DNA of 64,000 bases, taken from the human T2T-CHM13v2.0 reference genome, Homo sapiens. Positions 11,158 through 22,964 of this stretch are shown piece after piece. The stretch lies in NCBI RefSeq assembly GCF_009914755.1, contig NC_060936.1, one strand, 5' to 3'. Each line of letters starts with the position of its first letter. Position 1 is the stretch's first letter. Made by a program: the position numbers and the translations under genes. Under the pieces are notes generated by a model. That model had not been told where the DNA came from. It did no database searches and worked only from the letters and a program-made list of their open reading frames with translations.

Positions 11158-13361
11158 CTGTGAACATTTCTAAATACTCACTCTTGACTCTGTACCTGCT
11201 GCATTGAGCACCAGTCATGCGGAGCCTGCAAACCTGGGCTCATACACAGAGCATACATTGAAGAGCACTGTGATGTGGCCACTTTCTTGGTCAGAGATTT
11301 CCTCTTGAAACAGAGTCAACAGGGTGTTCCTTTCTTTTCCTAATTTTCCTGCAAGTTTATATAGCACATGGTCAGGCTGGAGAACATTCCCGGGGGGCCA
11401 GCTATGCCCAACCTGAGCACCCCTCTTTTTGAGATAAGGGGCACTTGGGGATTGCATGTGCTCAGATGCTTCTCTGCCTGTAAGTTTTCCCAACACACTT
11501 TCCTTTTGTTCAATGTGTCGCTTAAGGTACATGTCTTTAAAATTAGCCAAGGGAAAATGTACAGGGAACTTAAATCCACTTATGTTAATATCTATAAATC
11601 CCTCTATATTTATATCTATGGATCCATATTCGTATCTTATCTGTGGCTTCTGTCTCAGAAGCATTACACAGCCAATTAAAAATGTTTTGGTGGCTCTGTC
11701 ACCTTGCAGCTATCACTTTCATTCTCCTGCCTCAGTTTCTCTCTTTTTTTTTTTTTTTTTAGCAATAATCCTGTTTGCATTTTTTGGCCCCTTCAACCTT
11801 TCTCCCAGCATGAAGTACATATAAGGGAGAGAAACATCGAGAGCAGTGTTACAGTGGGTGTCTTCTATCTTAGTTTAATTAGCTCAGATAACATCTCATA
11901 TACACTAACCCACTCATGGCTGTGAACATCCCATCTGCATTGGAGGGATCTGGCTAATTGAAGAGCAAAAATATGCCTGTGCCATCAGGGTGGGGGGTGA
12001 ATGGTATGGGAATAAACAGTAACATACATACGCGTTTGGCAGGGGCTTATGTTACGTATGGAATTAGCATTCCTTAAATTAATGCAGGGTTCTGCTTTAA
12101 TACATTTTCCAGGAGTCAGATAAAATGGGGTAGTAATGCGATGGCTTTCTTGTATATTGCTAGCATAGAATTGATCAGTTAACTAGGAACTTTCCTCCTT
12201 GTTATTAGCATCAGGCAATTACAAACAAGGGCCCAGTTCTCCATGAAGGGACATGTCATCATTGCTAACAGCTCTGACACTGGCACGCTGAGATGCCCAG
12301 AGGGGTAAAGAGCAGCACGTCTTCAGTGATGTTGGGCATGTGATGCCCTGCAGTTGGGGACAATCAGCTGAGAGACAAGGACGCAGTCTGAACTACCTTG
12401 TTTGCTTCAGAGAAACCTTTAGAGGGAAAACATTTTGTGCCAAGGAATGACAGACCTGCCCACCACTCATGCAGTCTGAGAGCGAGAGAGCGGGATTCAT
12501 CAACGGATTGAACACACTGGCTTCAAGGCTGTCCTATCACACTGACACTACATGTGCCAAAGCACACATTTTCTTGATTGAGTTTTTGTTTTTTTCAATC
12601 ACTCATAGCCAAAGGACACTCTTCCTCCTCACGTTGTGATCTTTTAGAGAAAGACTAACGCACATTGTGGAACATTGCGCAAACAAACATTTGATACCTC
12701 TTTGTGACAAATGCCTCTTTGGCCCCAAATCCACACAACTCCAGAGCAGCTGAGGCTAATTTCATTATAGTGGCTGGGACTCAATTAACAGTCAGATGTG
12801 AGTAGGCTTGGCAACCGCCCCTCGCTTCCGGCAGGTCCAGAAGGTTTCCCAAGAGCCAAATTTTGTTCTTTGTTCATATATGAACGAAAGCAAACAAGCC
12901 CAATGCACAAGAAAATCTGCCATTTAAAAGACAATGTGAACAGCCCACTCTCTGGGCATTCGCTAAATACAGGGGCCTTTAAAAAACACGTCTCCATTTG
13001 TCACCCAGGTTTTTGGACAGGTTGAATGGAGTAGGCCACATAAACACTACTTCTACACCGAGAAAGAAGGAGCACATTCAACAAAACCATGACGAGTATT
13101 TGCCTAGATTGCAGCACCTAAGTTTCCAAATGTGAGATGCCTGTCTGACCGAGGAGCAGAGGACAGTGGTTGACACTTTTCACCCGATGCCTCTTGTCTC
13201 CCGTCTCACACTCCCGGATTCACCTTCTAACTGCACTGGTTACTGCCAGGGCCAGCGGCCTGCAGACGAGGCCGGCACTCACCTCTGCGGCCTCAAGTAT
13301 TTCTTGCTACGCCCTGAGGCTTCTGTGCAGCTGTCACATGGGTGCCTGGGGGAAGCTGCCT

Positions 13362-13474
13362 AGACCGTGACCAACTGTCCTACGTTACCCAGGCATGAAG
13401 AGTTTCCCGGGATGTGAGGCTTTCAGTGGTAAAATCATGTCAGTTCTGGACAAACCGGGACAGTTGGTCTCCCT
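13362..13474. mobile_element. MER81 (hAT-Blackjack MITE)
   Basis: Inverted termini gtgaccaactgtcc and ggacagttggtctc; internal ttcccgggatgtgaggctttcagtggtaaaa; ~113 bp. Confidence 0.8.
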
Positions 13475-13607
13475 CTTGCTCAGCTAGAGGGCTGCATGTA
13501 CAAACTTGGAAGGTAGAGAGTTCACAACTCTAGGCAACCCTGGAGTAGGGGAGACAAGAGCTAGTGAATGGTCACTGCCCATTTTGGTGGCTTGGGCAGA
13601 CAATTCT

Positions 13608-14370
13608 TTTCCTTTTTTCCCAAATATTTTTATTTTAGATTCAGGGCTGTATTAGTCCATTTCTACATTGCTATAAAGAACAACCTGAGACTGGGTAATG
13701 TATAAAGAAAAGAGGTTTAATTGACTCACAGTTCCACATGGCTGGGGAGGCCTCAGGAAACTTACAATCCTGGTGGAAGGTGAAGAGGAAGCAAGGTGGC
13801 ATCTTACACGGTGGCAGGAGCGAGAGAGTGACTGGGGAAGGGCCCCACTTTTAAACCACAAGATCTCATGAGAACTCACTCATTAACATGAAAACAGCTT
13901 GGGGAAAACCACCCCCATGATCCAATTACCTCCCACCAGGTCCCTCCCTTGACATGTGGGGCTTACAATTCAAGATGAGATTTAGGTGGGGACACAGAGG
14001 CAAACCATACCAACGGGATACATGTGCTTGTTTGTTACATGGGTATATTGCATGTGGTAGGGCTTCTAGTGTACCCATGACTCAAACGGTGAATGCTGTA
14101 CCCAATAGGTAACTTTTCAACCCTCACCCCCTCCCATCCTGCCCCCACCCTTGGGAGTCTCCAGTGTTTATTAGCTCCATTTTTATGTTCATGTGTGCCC
14201 ATTGTTTAGCTCCAACTTATACATGAGATCATGCAGTATTTTATTTTCTGCTTCCTAGTTCACTTAGGATGATGGCTTCCAGCTGCATCCATGTTGCTGC
14301 AAAGGACATGATTTCATCGTTTTTCATGGCTGCATAGTATTCTCTGGCATATACGCACCACATTTTCTTT
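13608..14370 (-). mobile_element. L1PB-type 3' end interrupted by a MaLR LTR
   Basis: ttttattttagattcaggg [LTR] gggatacatgtgcttgtttgttacatgggtatattgc. Confidence 0.85.
13648..14012 (-). mobile_element. MSTA/THE1D-type MaLR solo LTR
   Basis: tgtattagtccattt...gaggtttaattgactcacagttcc...caaaccatacca. Confidence 0.93.
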
Positions 14371-15198
14371 TCTTTTTTCTACTTTACTTTCAGATGCAGG
14401 GGATACATGTACGGGGTTTCTACTTGGGTATATTGCATGATGCTGAGGTTTGGGATACAAATGATCCCATCACTCAAGTACTGAGCATGGTACCCAAAAG
14501 TTAGTTTTTCAACCTTTGCCTCCCTTCCTCCTTCTCCTCCCTAGTAGTCCCCTGTGTCTATTGTTGACATCTTTAATTCCATGAGTACCCAATGTTTAGC
14601 TCCCCCTTATAAGTGAGAACATGAAATATTTGGCTTTCTGATTCACTGATAGTTCACTTAGGATAATGGCTTCCAGCTGCATCCACATTGCTGCAAAGGA
14701 CATGATGATTTCATTCTTTTTTATAGCTGCATAGTATTCCATGGTATATGTACCATGTTTTCTTTATCCAATCCACTGTTGATGGGCACGTTGGTTGATC
14801 CCATGTCTGCTGTTGTGAATAGTGCTGCAATAAACATGAGAGTGCATATGTCATGTTGGTGGAATGATTTGTTTTCCTTCAGATATATGCCCAGTGATGG
14901 GATTGTTGGGTTGAATGGTAGTTCTGGGTTAAGTTCTTTGAGAAATCTCCATACTGTTTTCCACAGTGGCTGAACTAATTAACATTCCTACCAACAGTGT
15001 ATAAGAGTTCCCTTTTTGCACAGCCTCGCCAGCTCTGTTGTTTCTTGACTTTTTAATACTAGCCATATTCTGACTGGTGAGAGATGAAATCTCATTGTGG
15101 CTTTGACTTGCATTTCTCTGATGATGAGCTATGTGGGGCATCTTTTCATGTTCTTGTTGGCCGCTCGTATGTCTTCTGCTGAGAAGTGCCTGTTCATG
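14371..15198 (-). mobile_element. L1PA15-17/L1PB 3' end and ORF2 end
   Basis: Second poly-T 3' end followed by tgctgaggtttgggatacaaatgatcccatcac; antisense ORF2 to gagaagtgcctgttcatg. Confidence 0.9.
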
Positions 15199-15399
15199 AA
15201 TGCAACTCTAAAGTGAGCTTTTTATGCCTCCTCAGGTCCTCAGCAGGATCGGGTCCCTGTTCCCTACAGCATTATTGATTAACACATCCTCATATTTGCT
15301 TCTCTCATTCCCTGATTTATTCTCCCTAGCCCAACCTATTCTTTGTGATTATTTTCCACGATAAAGTACCTGCATGCAAGCTCAAAAATCAAAGCTCTG

Positions 15400-15403
<4 letters not shown>

Positions 15404-15445
<42 letters not shown>
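15404..15445. repeat. (TG)n microsatellite
   Basis: About 21 pure TG units. Confidence 0.97.
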
Positions 15446-15447
<2 letters not shown>

Positions 15448-15914
15448 ATTTATGCAGTGGAAACTAGAAAGACATTTGCTGAGGTATTTATTGACCACTG
15501 GGGTGTTCACTGTGATGTGTCCCTGGAACCCCTCTCTAGGAAGGGAGGATGGATTCCTTCAACCTCCAGGAGTTCTGCTGGAGGGTGACACCCTGCAGGC
15601 AGCATGCTAGGGATGGCCTCAGCTGAAGAAAACCACCCCACCCAAGGTCCCATCTCCTTCTGGGGATGCCCGTGGAGATAGAGAGGTTCAGCCTCCTCAT
15701 CCCAGCTCAGGGAGGCTCTGAAGAGACCCCCCGCCCGCCACAGGACTTGCGGAATCCTTGCTCCTGGTGACTGCATGGCCTCGACTTCCCCCTGCATCCC
15801 ATCCTGACTCTGCCCCTCCCTTCTGCTGTGGAGGAACCCAAGCGCACTCTGGAATGAATGCCCTAGTGCTAACCACCGTCCGCGGTCTGCTGCCTGAGAG
15901 GACCCACCTGCCAC

Positions 15915-16170
15915 GTTCTAGAACGTTCTTGACACTTGAGATACAACAGATAAAACAAAAAGTCTTTTTCCAATGGAACTTACATTCTGGGAAGGGAGAC
16001 AGACAATAACCAGAGACCAACAGGTTCAGAGCATAGCGTCAGGCAGTGGGACACACTATTGAGAAAGGAGAAGTGGATTTGGGGCAGTGAGAGGAGAGAC
16101 AGGGTGGTCAGGGGAGGCTTTGAAATGCCATGACCTAGAGAAGAATCAGCACGTCTAGATCAGGAGTACA
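15915..16170 (-). mobile_element. L2 fragment
   Basis: gagatacaacag...aatggaacttacattctgggaagggagacagacaataa...ggtggtcaggggaggctt. Confidence 0.7.
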
Positions 16171-16271
16171 ACGGTGCATATTACAGAAATTAGCTGGAAA
16201 ACATACCTATGGATTATACCAATGCATGCTTCGATGCTGACCAAAAATAAGATTATGTAGTAGCTTAGCCC

Positions 16272-16440
16272 ACCAAGTGTGGTTCTCACCCATTGGGATT
16301 GTCTGGGGAGCTTTAAAAATGCCAGTTCTCAGGTCCCATTCCCAGAGGTTCTGATTCAACCGGGCAGTGGTGGGACCGAGGCATCAGCACTGTAAGTTAC
16401 CAAGGTGTTTTTCTGTGCCCCCAGGCTAACATCAGCGACC
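16272..16440. mobile_element. MER5A/B (hAT-Charlie)
   Basis: ctggggagctttaaaaatgccag...cccagaggttctgattcaa. Confidence 0.65.
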
Positions 16441-16671
16441 CAAACACTCATTTGGGAGACCTACTGGCAAGATCATGGCATGCAGATCAAAAAGGGTACT
16501 AATGAAAATCCTGAAAACCAAGTATGTTTTCACATGTAATTAGATATGCACAGTCATATGCATTACATGTATGTATGCATAAGTATGTATGCACACACAC
16601 ACAGAAACAGGGCACTTAAGGGAGCATTTTGGACTCCAGTGCATTTTCCTGATTTTGGGGTCCAAAGATGA

Positions 16672-17017
<346 letters not shown>

Positions 17018-17848
17018 AAGAAATTATCCTAAAAGTTTTACTATCAGGTATGAGAATCCAGCATGCTCAAGATTGTTGAGTAAAGCATAAAGAAAGCTAT
17101 GATAATGGGAGCACCAGGTGATACAGATGATGTCACACTTAAATACCATCACACTCGACTTTTCTGAACTTCAGTAAAACCTGTTAGACCCCAGTAATTC
17201 AGTCAAATAATTAAATTCCCACTGAAAGCATACAATATGTGCTCTTGGAGACATTAATTGAAAAAAATTAAAAGCAAATATTTCCTTAATATTTTCCAAA
17301 CTTTTATAGGAGACCACAGGGTAAACTTTTAGATAGGCTTGACTTGAAGGACTTTTAAACCTAACCCTCCTAAACTGATGAAAACAAGACTGCAGAGATT
17401 CACTGGGACAAAGTAATTATCTCTATTTACAAAAGAGTGAATTCTAAGTTTTATCCTCCACCTCACTGTTTTTTTATTTGCAATAAGTAATTTATAAGGC
17501 ATTTTTACAGGAAAGACAATTTGGTGCAGTTGATTGCTCTAGACATTTTTTCTTTAAATATGCTTGCAGTAACCTGTTTGTTCAAAAGGAGACTCTGTAA
17601 TATCTATCTATCTATCTACCAACCTACCTATCTATCTGTCTATCATCACAAATTCCTAAATACATAAGGAAGATCTTGTTTTGAGGAAACAAGAATATGG
17701 TCCTTAGGCCTTGCAGAATATTTAAATTATGAGCAATCATTTCTCTGGTAAGTTCAAAGCAACAATTTCTATTTCAAAGACAAATAAGGGTTTTGTTGTA
17801 AACAAACAAAAAAATAGGCCATTTGGGAATGTAAGTAGGATTTACTTG

Positions 17849-18192
17849 TGAACACTTGAGATCTACTCTCTTAGCAAATTTCAAGTATATAACACATTAT
17901 TAACTATGGTCATCATGCTGCACATTAGGTCTCCAGAAGGTATTTGTTTTAAAGCTATAAGTTTGTACCCTTTGACTCCAATCCCTGCATTTCACTCACC
18001 CTGGCAACTGGCCTTTTACTCTCAGTGTGTATGCATTCAACTTATAACTGTGAGCTGATGGAAATCTTAATTATTAATAGCTTGATTATAGTAATTGTTT
18101 TATAATGTACAGGTATATCAGCACACCACGTTGTACACCTTAACTATGTACACCTTTCATTCTTCAATCAGACTTCAATGAACCTGGGAAAA
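17849..18192 (+). mobile_element. Short L1MA/MB insertion with 5' inversion
   Basis: Antisense segment 17849-18041, then sense 3' end to 18192; TSD aagtaggatttacttg (17833-17848) and aagtagcatttaattg (18193-18208). Confidence 0.8.
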
Positions 18193-18231
18193 AAGTAGCA
18201 TTTAATTGACCCTGGATTAGCAGGCTTAGGC

Positions 18232-18990
18232 TGTGGTGGCCATGGGGATATGGAGATGAGGAGTCCCTTGGAGAGAGCTTGCTGCAGAGAGGGTAGCTGA
18301 CTCCACTTCACTCCAGTTGCTGTCACGTTGGATTTGACTCAGCATTCAGAATGTTCATGCAGAGATGGCTCTCTCCTCTGATGTCTGAATGTGGCAGGTG
18401 CTGCCTGAGTGTGCCTCCTCCAAGCTCAGTCTTTGCTCCCAGAGTTCTCTTCTGGGTTCCTGAGACATCCTCAGGCTGTGCTGCAGTTGGGGGTTCCTCC
18501 CTAATCCTTCTTGCTTCCTGCTGTCCTTTCCCAGGCAGCAGATCTGCATCTATTTTTTTTCTAAAATTGTGATAAGAACACCTAACATGAGATCTACCCT
18601 CAACAAATTTTTAAGCACAGAATAAGTCTTGTTAATTGTAGGCACAGGCTGTAGCAAATGTCTAGGACTTGTTCATGTTGCATAACAAGAACTATGCACC
18701 TGGTGAACAGCAATTCCCCATCTTCTGAGATCAAATGTCCATCAGTAGATGAATGGACCAGCAAAATATGGTCCACACGTATAATCAAATATTATTCAGC
18801 CTTAAAAAAGTAGGAACTACTGGCATTTGCAGCAATGCAGATGAACCTGGAGAGCACCATGCAGACCTGCTTCTTGATCTGAAGCCTCCCTTCCCTTTAT
18901 CCTGCTCTTCCCCCTTTATGTTCCCAGTAAATCAATTAAACATGGAGGTCTGTCTTGGTATCTGCTTATTGGAAGACCTGAGGATAGATA
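18232..18990 (+). mobile_element. LTR16A-like ERVL LTR interrupted by L1
   Basis: Starts tgtggtggccatggggatatg; ends tgtcttggtatctgcttattggaagacctg. Confidence 0.6.
18552..18860 (-). mobile_element. Short L1MA/MB insertion with 5' inversion
   Basis: Poly-T and antisense 3' end to ~18722, then sense L1; TSD gcagatctgcatct (18538-18551) and gcagacctgcttct (18861-18874). Confidence 0.8.
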
Positions 18991-19009
18991 TGGGCTAGGT
19001 CTGATTATG

Positions 19010-19670
19010 ATGGTGGTGGTGGACATCTGTTGCTTTTGTCTTTCTTGCGTTTATCCCAGTTATTTTTTCAGACATTCTGCTTTCCACTATTTAGCCCAGG
19101 AATTTGGTGTGTGGTGGGCCCCCAGTCCCTGCATAGGCACTTGGCTCAGGCCTCACTTAGTGAAGTACCTCATTTCCTTGTACGCGCCAATTAGGTCAGG
19201 AATGGGCAACTTAGGCCAATATAAATTATATCCTGGCTATTTTATGAAGTAGTGAAAATAAGGAAATGCTCTTTCCTCCGGAGTTGGTACACTGGTAGAA
19301 TGCACGCTTGGAGCTACTGAAGACCATCTCTGCCACCTCATGGGGAGGGAGCCCACCTGAGCAAGAAGCTGGCATGTAGGGAAGCAGAGTTAAGAGATGA
19401 AGATATATATATATATCCCCAGCAATACCTGAAGCTCATAGGAACCCATAGAGTATTGTGTTGTGTGTGTGTGTTGTATGTGTGTGTGTGTTGTGTGTCT
19501 GTGTGTTGTGTGTGTGTGTGTGTGTCTGTGTGTGTGTGTCTGTGTCTGTGTGTGTGTCTGTGTGTGTGTGTCTGTGTGTCTGTGTGTGTGTCTGTGTGTG
19601 TGCGTGTAAACTAGTTTGATAGTTTGAATTGGGTTTTTGTCACTTGTAAAGGAAAGTGTTCTCAAAACCC
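19010..19670 (+). mobile_element. MLT1K/L-like MaLR LTR
   Basis: ggacatctgttgctttt, ggagctactgaagaccatct, gtttgaattgggtttttgtcacttg. Confidence 0.65.
19457..19606. repeat. Interrupted (TG)n/(TGTC)n microsatellite
   Basis: About 150 bp of TG with TC and TTG interruptions. Confidence 0.95.
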
Positions 19671-20177
19671 AAATTACAAATGACACAATTACATCAGGCA
19701 CTGGACTTTCTTTATCCACTTTTGGATATGTTTGTTTTCTTTAAGGACATGGTTACAGACAAACAGCATGGAACTGTGGAGGGATGTGATTGATTGTTGT
19801 CCCCTGCTCACTTTGTGGCTCAGGGCTGGCTCTTCTTCTTTCTTATGTCAATATCCTCAGCTCAAGAGAAGGTTTATTCATTGACCTCGATGGGGGTGGA
19901 AATGATTTAGAGCCCCTATTTCTGTCAGGCATTTTTCCAAGGATCTTGTATATATTATCTTACAGAGGCCAGTTGACTAGTGTGTGAAATAATTTATATT
20001 ATTCTCCCCATTTAATAATTAAAAAACTGAAGATCCAAGAGAACAATTTGTCCAATGTGATTCAGAAAGTAATTGATGGAGTCCAGTTTCAACAGACAGA
20101 CTGGGTTTGAGGCCTGGTGCTGTCACTTGTTAGAGGGGTGGTGTGGGGCACTAGGCAAAGACCTAAGTGATTCCTCT

Positions 20178-20690
20178 TGTGGCCATGTCTTTACTTCTCC
20201 TTCTTCTCCTAAAATAGATCTCATCCCAGGTGATATCTATTGGCACATGTCACAAGCAAGGTCAATCATCATGGTGCATGTCATAGGCAAGGCCAATCAT
20301 CATGCCCAGCATCAGTGACTGGTCTAAGGTGTGCCCCAAACCCACACTGGACCAATTAGAGTCCTCACGTGATATATTATTTCAAACTTAAGTCTCTATT
20401 TCCTCTTCCTTGTTGCTGGGGACAGGTGGAGGAAATCAATGGAATTGCGTGTGGTCATACCCCCTATGATATGGAAAAGTCTGTTGAATGTGGGAGGCAG
20501 CCCTGTGGGCAGAGACAGAGAGTATGTCAAGATGGAGAGGTTGGGAAGAACCACTGAGGCATCTGGAGTTGGGTTTGTGCATCAGGTAACCCCAGAGACA
20601 AACTTCAGATCTCCTCTGCCTGCAGTTTGGATATATAAACCAACATATTCCCTTTTTTCTGTTTCTCGAAGTCAAGAGTTTTGAGTGACA
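20178..20690 (+). mobile_element. MLT1J/K-like MaLR LTR with a ~32-bp internal tandem duplication (~20243-20306)
   Basis: ggccaatcatcatgccc...cagtgactggtctaagg...ggaccaattagag; catgtcacaagcaaggtcaatcatcatg present twice. Confidence 0.55.
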
Positions 20691-20983
20691 TGGGAATGAT
20701 GGTCATGACCTCATGGGAATCACTGATTAAGGGATGACTCCTCTAGAGTTAGACTCCTCTAGAGCTAGTTACATTGTTACCCAGGTAACATGTCAGAGCT
20801 CACAGGATTGACTCCAGGAAGGTGGCATTTCAGGGAGGCACTGTTGGGGAGATCATCTCTGCTCCCCTGATATCAAGGTTAGCAATCGCTGGCACAAGTG
20901 GGTGATGCATAAGTGCATAAGGTTTTATCTGAGCATAAAGGTCTTTGCTCAGCATGACAGCTTTATAGATTAGTAAATTGTGT

Positions 20984-21447
20984 TGTATCAGTTTCTTGCA
21001 GCTTCTGTAACAAGGCACTATAAGCTGTGTGCCTTAGAACAAATAGTTTTTTTTTTGCTCCACAGTTGTGAAGGTCTAGAATTATGGAATTAGGATGTTA
21101 GCAGGGTTGGTTCCTTCTGAGAAAGTGAGGGAGAATCTTTTCCATGCATCTCTTCTGTCTTCGGGTGGTTTGCTGGCAATCTTTGGTGTTCCTTGGCTGA
21201 TAGACCGTATCAGCTCAGTCTCTGCTTTCATTTCACATGGTATTCTCATTGTGTGGGTGTCTGTCTCTCTACACAGCATTCTCTTTTATAAAGACACTAG
21301 CCGTATTGGATTAAGGGCCCACCTTATTGCAGTAATTAACTAACTATATCTGCAATGAACCTATTCTCAAATATGGTCACATTCTAAAGTACCTGTGATT
21401 AGGACTTTAAAATACGAATTTTGGGGGACATAATTCAACTCATAACA
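20984..21447 (-). mobile_element. MLT1C-like MaLR LTR
   Basis: gcagggttggttccttctgag, tttgctggcaatctttggtgttccttggct, ends gggggacataattcaactcataaca. Confidence 0.85.
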
Positions 21448-21532
21448 GATGGCACATTACAAAACTCCCTCAGAGTACCTAAGAGCCAGGAAATGTCAGG
21501 AGCAATTTTTATTAAGTTCATACTTGGCACCA

Positions 21533-21945
21533 CTTTTTATAATTTTGAAGTAATTTTAGAATTAAAGAGGAGTTGAAAATATAGAACAGAGAGTTCCTAT
21601 ATAACCTCTACTCAGCTCCACCCAAATTGATTGAATAATTTACAGACATTATTCAAATGCTGTTAATTGACACACTCATTCCGTTACTGTTCCAGGATCC
21701 AATCTGAGATTGCCCAAGTGTCTTTACGTGTCAGAGCTCCTTATTCACCTTCAATCTGGGGCTGTTCCTCAGTCTTTCCCTACCTTTCTTGACCTTACCA
21801 GTTTGGTCAGTTATTTTGTAGAATGTTCCTCAGTTTGGATAGTCCAGTGCTTTCTCAGGATTAAATTGAGGTTAGGCATTTTTGGGAAGAGTACCACAGA
21901 GGTGATTTGCCTTTTTCAGTACATCATATCAGAAGGTACATTGGC
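21533..21945 (-). mobile_element. L1MC-type 3' fragment
   Basis: ccaggatccaatc, ggtcagttattttgtagaatgttcctcagtttgg. Confidence 0.7.
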
Positions 21946-22000
21946 ACTACTTTAACAACACTATTTGAAAGCTTATGGCTTCTATTTAACTAAAACAAAT

Positions 22001-22703
22001 TATCACCATCATCATAATCATCATCACCATCACAATCACCATCATCATCACTCCATCAGTACCGTCATCACTGCCATCATCATCAACATCACCATCATTA
22101 ATATCATCATCCCCATCACCACCACCATTACCATCATCACCACCTCCACCATCATCACCATCATCACCATCACCATCATCACCATCACCATCATCACCAT
22201 CATCATCACATCAATACCATCATCATTATCACCACCACCATCATCATTATCATCACCACCACCATCATTACTATCATCATCACCACCATCATCACCATCA
22301 TCATCACCATACCACCACCATCATCATCATCATCGCCACCATCATCACCATCATTATCATCATCACCATCAACAGCATCATCAGCATCATCAGCATCACC
22401 ATCACAATTACCATCATCACACCATCAACACCATCATCCCATCATCGCCGTCATCATTACCACTATCACCATCATCATTACTATCATCACCACCATCACC
22501 ACCACCATCATCACCATCATCATCACCATCACTATCACAATCACCATCATCATCACCACCATCATCACAATCACCATCATCATCACCATCATCATCATCA
22601 CCATCACAATCATCATTGTCAACATTATCACCACCACCAACATCACTATCACCATCACTACCATCATCACTATCACTATCACCATCACCATCATCATCAT
22701 CAT
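22001..22703. repeat. Degenerate (CAT/CAC)n trinucleotide repeat, ~700 bp
   Basis: Seen directly; the + strand is almost G-free. Confidence 0.97.
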
Positions 22704-22890
22704 GTGCTATGCAAATTACTTCATAGTCACTAACTCAATAAATGCCCTGAAAATCTTACATTACAGGTACTATTACTACCCCCATTATTAAGGGAGAAAC
22801 TGAGGGTCAGGGAGGCTAAGTCACTTGCTTAAGGTCACACTGGTGGTAAGCGGTTAAATTAGAACTTGAATGCCAGTCTTAGTGAATAAA
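22704..22890 (-). mobile_element. MIR
   Basis: gagaaactgagggtcagggaggctaagtcacttgcttaaggtcacac, MIR core. Confidence 0.85.
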
Positions 22891-22964
22891 AATTTCATCC
22901 TTCACCCCTCTTTGAGTCTGATGTTCAGTGCTGTGCTGCATGTTTCCAGCTTTCTATAATCCCT

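Larger units (their letters stand above)
13166..15473 (+). mobile_element. LTR16C-like ERVL LTR split by MER81, two L1s and a MaLR LTR
   Basis: 5' part 13166-13607 ends gggcagacaattct; 3' part 15199-15473 has aggtcctcagcaggatc, ataaagtacctgca and ends ggaaactagaaagaca. Confidence 0.6.

Noticed and set aside
11215-11824. Overlapping 79-149-aa ORFs on both strands
   Set aside because: No recognisable domains or consistent exon structure; lengths are compatible with chance
21965-22726. 253-aa His/Ser/Pro-rich ORF (and the antisense Met/Val ORF)
   Set aside because: Translation of a CAT/CAC simple repeat; TTG start, no domain, no gene context
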